Notes under the pieces: model-generated
Seen by the model: only the letters and a program-made list of their open reading frames with translations
Database searches by the model: none
What the model was told of the DNA's origin: nothing
NCBI GenBank assembly: GCA_963786935.1
Contig: CAWBAN010000002.1
Location: forward strand, 320,001 to 384,000
Origin: an uncultured bacterium
GTDB lineage: Bacteria; Krumholzibacteriota; Krumholzibacteriia; Krumholzibacteriales; Krumholzibacteriaceae
Length of the DNA stretch: 64,000 nt
Reading direction: 5' to 3'
Position numbers and translations under genes: made by a program
Shown: positions 59,420 to 64,000 of the stretch, piece after piece
Numbering within the stretch: the first letter of the stretch is position 1
How the letters are laid out: the number at the start of each line of letters is the position of its first letter

Positions 59420-60409
59420 CTAGGCTCTGCTCACTGCGCGTCTCCGCATGAAGACGGCGGCAGCGAGGATCAGAGCGAGCACGAGAATCGTCACGACCGG
59501 AACCGTGAATAGCGGCACGGGCTCGGGCTCGATGACGTGGATGACCTGAACGCAGGTGTCGTACACGACCGGCGTGGGCGTCCAGACGATGATCGTCAGG
59601 ACATCCTCATCGTTCTCGAGAGCGATACCGGCATCGATGATACCGTAGATGTCTCTGCACGCGCCACCGTCGACCGTGACCGATCCCGACTGATTGATGA
59701 CGGGGATGCGGCCGGCGACGCCGACGTTCGTGATGTTGTAGCTGTAGAGCGTCGGAGGAGCGCAATCATCCTGGTTGCAGATCGTGAACGGAATGTACGC
59801 CTGGGTCTGTCCGCGATCGACGAGCGTCAGGGTATCCTGGAACACGCCGAGCGCCGGGGGCGCCGCGACGACCGTGATGATCAGGGTGTCGGCGTTGTAG
59901 TACTTGACACCGGTCGCCGGACGGATGTTCGGATCCTGGCAGTCGCCGCACTCCGGAGCGCAGGCACCGGCGATGTTGGCGTAGGAGACCTTGCAGATCA
60001 CCGTGTCAACAGTGCCGACGACCGCGTCGCACGGAGCGGTAATCAGAATGTTCTGATACCAGATGTACCCACCAGCCGGAAGCTCCTGGAGCTCCTGATC
60101 AACCGGATCGAGCGTGAGCGTCCAGCCCCTCGCGCTCCAGGTGTGGGCGCAGAGGGTGTCCAGAGCCGTGCAGCCAACCGTGTTGTACGGCGTCGCGTTG
60201 TACGGAGCGACCGTGTAATCCAGCGTCGCGCCCGGAGTGATGTTCGCGAAATCCGGACCCGGCTGGTTGAACGGAATGCCGTCGTACTGACCGAAACCGT
60301 AGCGCAAACAGGGGTCGCCTTCCCAGAGGCAGCCCGCCGGGGGCTGCGCGAGGGCGATGCCCGGCATAAGCAGGAGAGTGAGCGCCAGAATCGCAAATAG
60401 CTTCTTCAT
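59420..60409 (-). CDS. Cys-rich secreted surface protein with exosortase-type C-terminal sorting signal
   Basis: GGAGG RBS, signal peptide (ALA|Q), 13 Cys, C-terminus VPLFT + TM + MRRR. Confidence 0.85.
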   Translation of the reverse strand: MKKLFAILALTLLLMPGIALAQPPAGCLWEGDPCLRYGFGQYDGIPFNQPGPDFANITPGATLDYTVAPYNATPYNTVGCTALDTLCAHTWSARGWTLTLDPVDQELQELPAGGYIWYQNILITAPCDAVVGTVDTVICKVSYANIAGACAPECGDCQDPNIRPATGVKYYNADTLIITVVAAPPALGVFQDTLTLVDRGQTQAYIPFTICNQDDCAPPTLYSYNITNVGVAGRIPVINQSGSVTVDGGACRDIYGIIDAGIALENDEDVLTIIVWTPTPVVYDTCVQVIHVIEPEPVPLFTVPVVTILVLALILAAAVFMRRRAVSRA

Positions 60410-60598
60410 TTTCAATTCCTCCAAACGTTGAACAATCTTGCTTTGTCTTTTATGGGCCCGATGATGGTTTTCCGCCGGTTTCAGGCAACCGGCAACCGTT
60501 CATCAGGGTTAATTGCCATTGGTTCCCGTTGATTTATAAGAGGTTTCCTCCCTCCTTTCCTTGGTCGGTCTCGCCGCTAGACACCGCCGGCGACAAAC

Positions 60599-60635
60599 AA
60601 AAAAAGGCACAGGCGCACAACCGCGCACCTATACC
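60599..60635 (-). terminator. Terminator-like hairpin within the 5' leader of the surface-protein gene
   Basis: Minus strand GGTATAGGTGCGC-GGTT-GTGCGCCTGTGCC followed by T7. Confidence 0.6.
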
Positions 60636-60731
60636 ATTCTGTTGTCATTCGTCGCCATAGGTATCCTGCTTTACCCAAGCGAGACTCTGTTGCGCTCGAT
60701 CTCCCTGGGCCTGGGAAGATCTCACACTCGA

Positions 60732-60761
60732 ATGATACACCAAAGCCGCCGGAACGGTCAA
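60732..60761 (-). promoter_or_regulatory. sigma70 promoter of the surface protein/exosortase operon
   Basis: Minus strand TTGACC-N18-TATCAT. Confidence 0.6.
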
Positions 60762-60827
60762 GCATAAATTCCGTCCCGACTGATTTCTGCGCCCGATATC
60801 CACCGGAACCGGTCCGGCATTTTTCCC

Positions 60828-60856
60828 TTGACAGCGACCTAAGCCGAAAGTAATAT
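60828..60856 (+). promoter_or_regulatory. sigma70 promoter of the tRNA-tuf operon
   Basis: TTGACA-N17-TAATAT. Confidence 0.8.
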
Positions 60857-60890
60857 TAATCTTTCGAAAAAAGCGCGGGAGATATCCCGG

Positions 60891-60966
60891 GCTGGCGTAG
60901 CTCAATCGGTAGAGCAACTGATTTGTAATCAGTAGGTTGGGGGTTCAATTCCCTTCGCCAGCTCCA
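60891..60966 (+). tRNA. tRNA-Thr(TGT)
   Basis: Cloverleaf GCTGGCG/CGCCAGC, anticodon TGT, CCA end. Confidence 0.96.
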
Positions 60967-61088
60967 GAAGCTCGATGAGGCCGGGTAGACGTTTTTCTTC
61001 TCTTCATTGAGAAAAAAACAAAGCGAGAAAGGCCCATAAGGGAATTTTTTGCTTTTCGGGGCCGATTTTTCGTTGATTGGAAGATCCT

Positions 61089-61173
61089 GGGGAGGTTCCC
61101 GAGCGGTCAAAGGGAACAGACTGTAAATCTGTCGCCGAAGGCTTCGGAGGTTCGAATCCTCCCCTCCCCACCA
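61089..61173 (+). tRNA. tRNA-Tyr(GTA)
   Basis: GGGGAGG/CCTCCCC, anticodon GTA, long variable arm, CCA. Confidence 0.96.
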
Positions 61174-61215
61174 GGATTGCCGAGCGGGATGAGCGACTGA
61201 TCGTTTTTGCCTGGA

Positions 61216-61291
61216 GCGGGAATAGCTCAGTTGGCAGAGCATCAGCCTTCCAAGCTGAGGGTCGCGGGTTCAAATCCCGTTTCCCGCTCCA
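61216..61291 (+). tRNA. tRNA-Gly(TCC)
   Basis: GCGGGAA/TTCCCGC, anticodon TCC, CCA. Confidence 0.96.
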
Positions 61292-61328
61292 ATATGTGGA
61301 CCATGGAGTAGCGAATAAAAGATAGGTG

Positions 61329-61404
61329 GCCCACGTAGCTCAGTCGGTGGAGCACTTCCTTGGTAAGGAAGAGGTCACCGGTTCGATTCCGGTCGTGGGC
61401 TCCA
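61329..61404 (+). tRNA. tRNA-Thr(GGT)
   Basis: GCCCACG/CGTGGGC, anticodon GGT, CCA. Confidence 0.96.
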
Positions 61405-61437
61405 CACAAACCGTGCCGATGAGGAGGTTCAGATTCG

Positions 61438-62646
<1,209 letters not shown>

Positions 62647-62673
62647 CGCAGAGGAGAGAGGAATCGGTACGCC

Positions 62674-62823
62674 ATGAGAGAACTAGCGATTCTTGCATGC
62701 AGCGTCTGCAAGAACAGGAACTACACGACGATGAAGAACAAGAGGAAGCATCCGGACCGGCTCGAGCACAAGAAGTACTGCCGGTTCTGCCGGAAGCACA
62801 CCATTCACAAGGAGACCCGCTAG
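62674..62823 (+). CDS. rpmG: 50S ribosomal protein L33 (Zn-binding type, 49 aa)
   Basis: Translated by hand: [49 protein letters not shown]. Confidence 0.95.
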   Translation: MRELAILACSVCKNRNYTTMKNKRKHPDRLEHKKYCRFCRKHTIHKETR

Positions 62824-62835
62824 GCGGAGCACGAC

Positions 62836-63024
62836 ATGTGGCAGAAAATAAAGCATTTTTTCAGCGAGACCCGGGTGGAGATGCGGAAGGTCACCTGGCC
62901 GACCCGCGACGAGCTCAAGGAATCCACCAAGATCGTAATCGTGTCGACGATCGTCGTCACGCTGTTCATCGGAATCATCGACCAGATCCTCACGTTCGTC
63001 GTGAGGCGTCTGCTCGGGTGGTAA
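62836..63024 (+). CDS. secE: Preprotein translocase SecE
   Basis: EMRKVTWPT + single TM. Confidence 0.95.
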   Translation: MWQKIKHFFSETRVEMRKVTWPTRDELKESTKIVIVSTIVVTLFIGIIDQILTFVVRRLLGW

Positions 63025-63065
63025 AGGAGGCTTCAGCCTGACCAGGGCCTCGCAGGCGCTCAGCC

Positions 63066-63722
63066 ATGGGTGACGATATATTCAAGAATCTGGACGGAGA
63101 GCAGGAAGAGGAATCTCCTGCCGTCCGGGACGCCGCGGGTGCTTCCCCCGCGCCGCAGGGCGCTCGGGCCGCGATCGATCCGGAAGAGGCGGGAAAGCGG
63201 ATGCGCTGGTACGTCGTCCACACCTACTCGGGACGCGAGAACAAGGTGCGGGAGACGATCGAGCGCCTCATCAAGAATTCGGGAATGCAGGAGCGGTTCG
63301 GAAAGGTGCTCGTAGCCACCGAGGAAGTGGCCGAGATGAAGAAGGGGAAGAAGAAGGTTTCCCACCGGAAGCTCTTCCCCAGCTACATCCTCATCGAGAT
63401 GGAAATGAGCGAAGAGGCGTGGGGGCTCATCGAGAACGTGCCCGGCGTCACGCACTTCGTGGGCGGGGACAAGAAGCCGTTTCCGATACCGAAGAAGGAA
63501 GTCGACCGAATTCTCGGAAGGATGGAGAAGAAGGAAGGGATCGTGCCGGAGGTTCCGTTCACGCTCGGCGAGCACGTTCGCGTCGTGGACGGCCCCTTCG
63601 CGGATTTCACCGGCGTCGTAGACGAAATCAATCCGGAGCGGGGCAAGGTCAAGGTTCTCGTCAGCATCTTCGGCAGAGAAACCCCGGTCGAGCTCGATTT
63701 TCTCCAGGTAAAGATCATTTAA
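63066..63722 (+). CDS. nusG: Transcription factor NusG
   Basis: [39 protein letters not shown]. Confidence 0.96.
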   Translation: MGDDIFKNLDGEQEEESPAVRDAAGASPAPQGARAAIDPEEAGKRMRWYVVHTYSGRENKVRETIERLIKNSGMQERFGKVLVATEEVAEMKKGKKKVSHRKLFPSYILIEMEMSEEAWGLIENVPGVTHFVGGDKKPFPIPKKEVDRILGRMEKKEGIVPEVPFTLGEHVRVVDGPFADFTGVVDEINPERGKVKVLVSIFGRETPVELDFLQVKII

Positions 63723-63771
63723 CGATTCCCGGTTCCCGCGCGCGGGTCAGCACGAAGGAGCGCTGGTTCGA

Positions 63772-64000
63772 ATGGCCAAGAAGTCGAAAAAGAAGATCAT
63801 GAAAATCGTCAAGCTGCAGATTCCGGCGGGGCAGGCCACGCCGGCGCCGCCCGTCGGGCCGGCGCTCGGCCAGCTTCAGGTGAGCTCGATGGAGTTCTGC
63901 AAGCAGTTCAACAACTCGACCCAGAAGATGATCGGCTGGATCGTCCCGGTCGAGATCACCGTATTCGCCGACAAGACCTTCACCTTCATCGTGAAGGCGC
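63772..64000 (+). CDS. rplK: 50S ribosomal protein L11 (3' truncated)
   Basis: [21 protein letters not shown]...FCKQFN. Confidence 0.96.
   Translation, partial: MAKKSKKKIMKIVKLQIPAGQATPAPPVGPALGQLQVSSMEFCKQFNNSTQKMIGWIVPVEITVFADKTFTFIVKA

Noticed and set aside
60967..61088. AT-rich spacer with hairpins between tRNA-Thr and tRNA-Tyr as a remnant element or extra RNA
   Set aside because: No cloverleaf, att duplication or ORF; consistent with an ordinary tRNA spacer

Overview
High-GC bacterial chromosomal segment that is mostly core genome. It carries a complete nitrogen-control set (glnA, glnD, glnE, glnB), tsaD, priA, rho-rpmE-DUF1385-prfA-prmC-murA-selB-ispG, yicC-gmk-rpoZ-coaBC-udg-dnaB-mlaEFD-ispDF-gltX-ddl-M42-cysS, and tRNA(Thr,Tyr,Gly,Thr)-tuf-rpmG-secE-nusG-rplK. 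The divergent EF-Tu switch-I loop and an NYPNPFNP/FlgD-Ig C-terminal domain suggest a Gemmatimonadota/Latescibacterota/Krumholzibacteriota-like FCB-related lineage (inference). Three accessory modules stand out. (1) A sigma54-driven five-gene c-di-GMP/two-component operon with two paralogous GAF-kinase-GAF-HD-GYP hybrids whose HD-GYP domains look degenerate. (2) A three-gene secreted cassette inserted between glnD and glnE: a trimeric-fibre-like protein with a peptidase-G2-like chaperone, a C10 cysteine protease, and a small 'GFW' partner with a FlgD-Ig tail. (3) An exosortase-H-like sorting system with a catalytically dead paralogue and a Cys-rich substrate ending in a variant 'VPLFT' sorting signal, behind a long structured leader that contains a terminator-like hairpin. 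tuf shows a sharp local codon-usage anomaly. No CRISPR array, transposase, integrase or rRNA was seen. All family calls come from visual motif recognition; no database searches were run.
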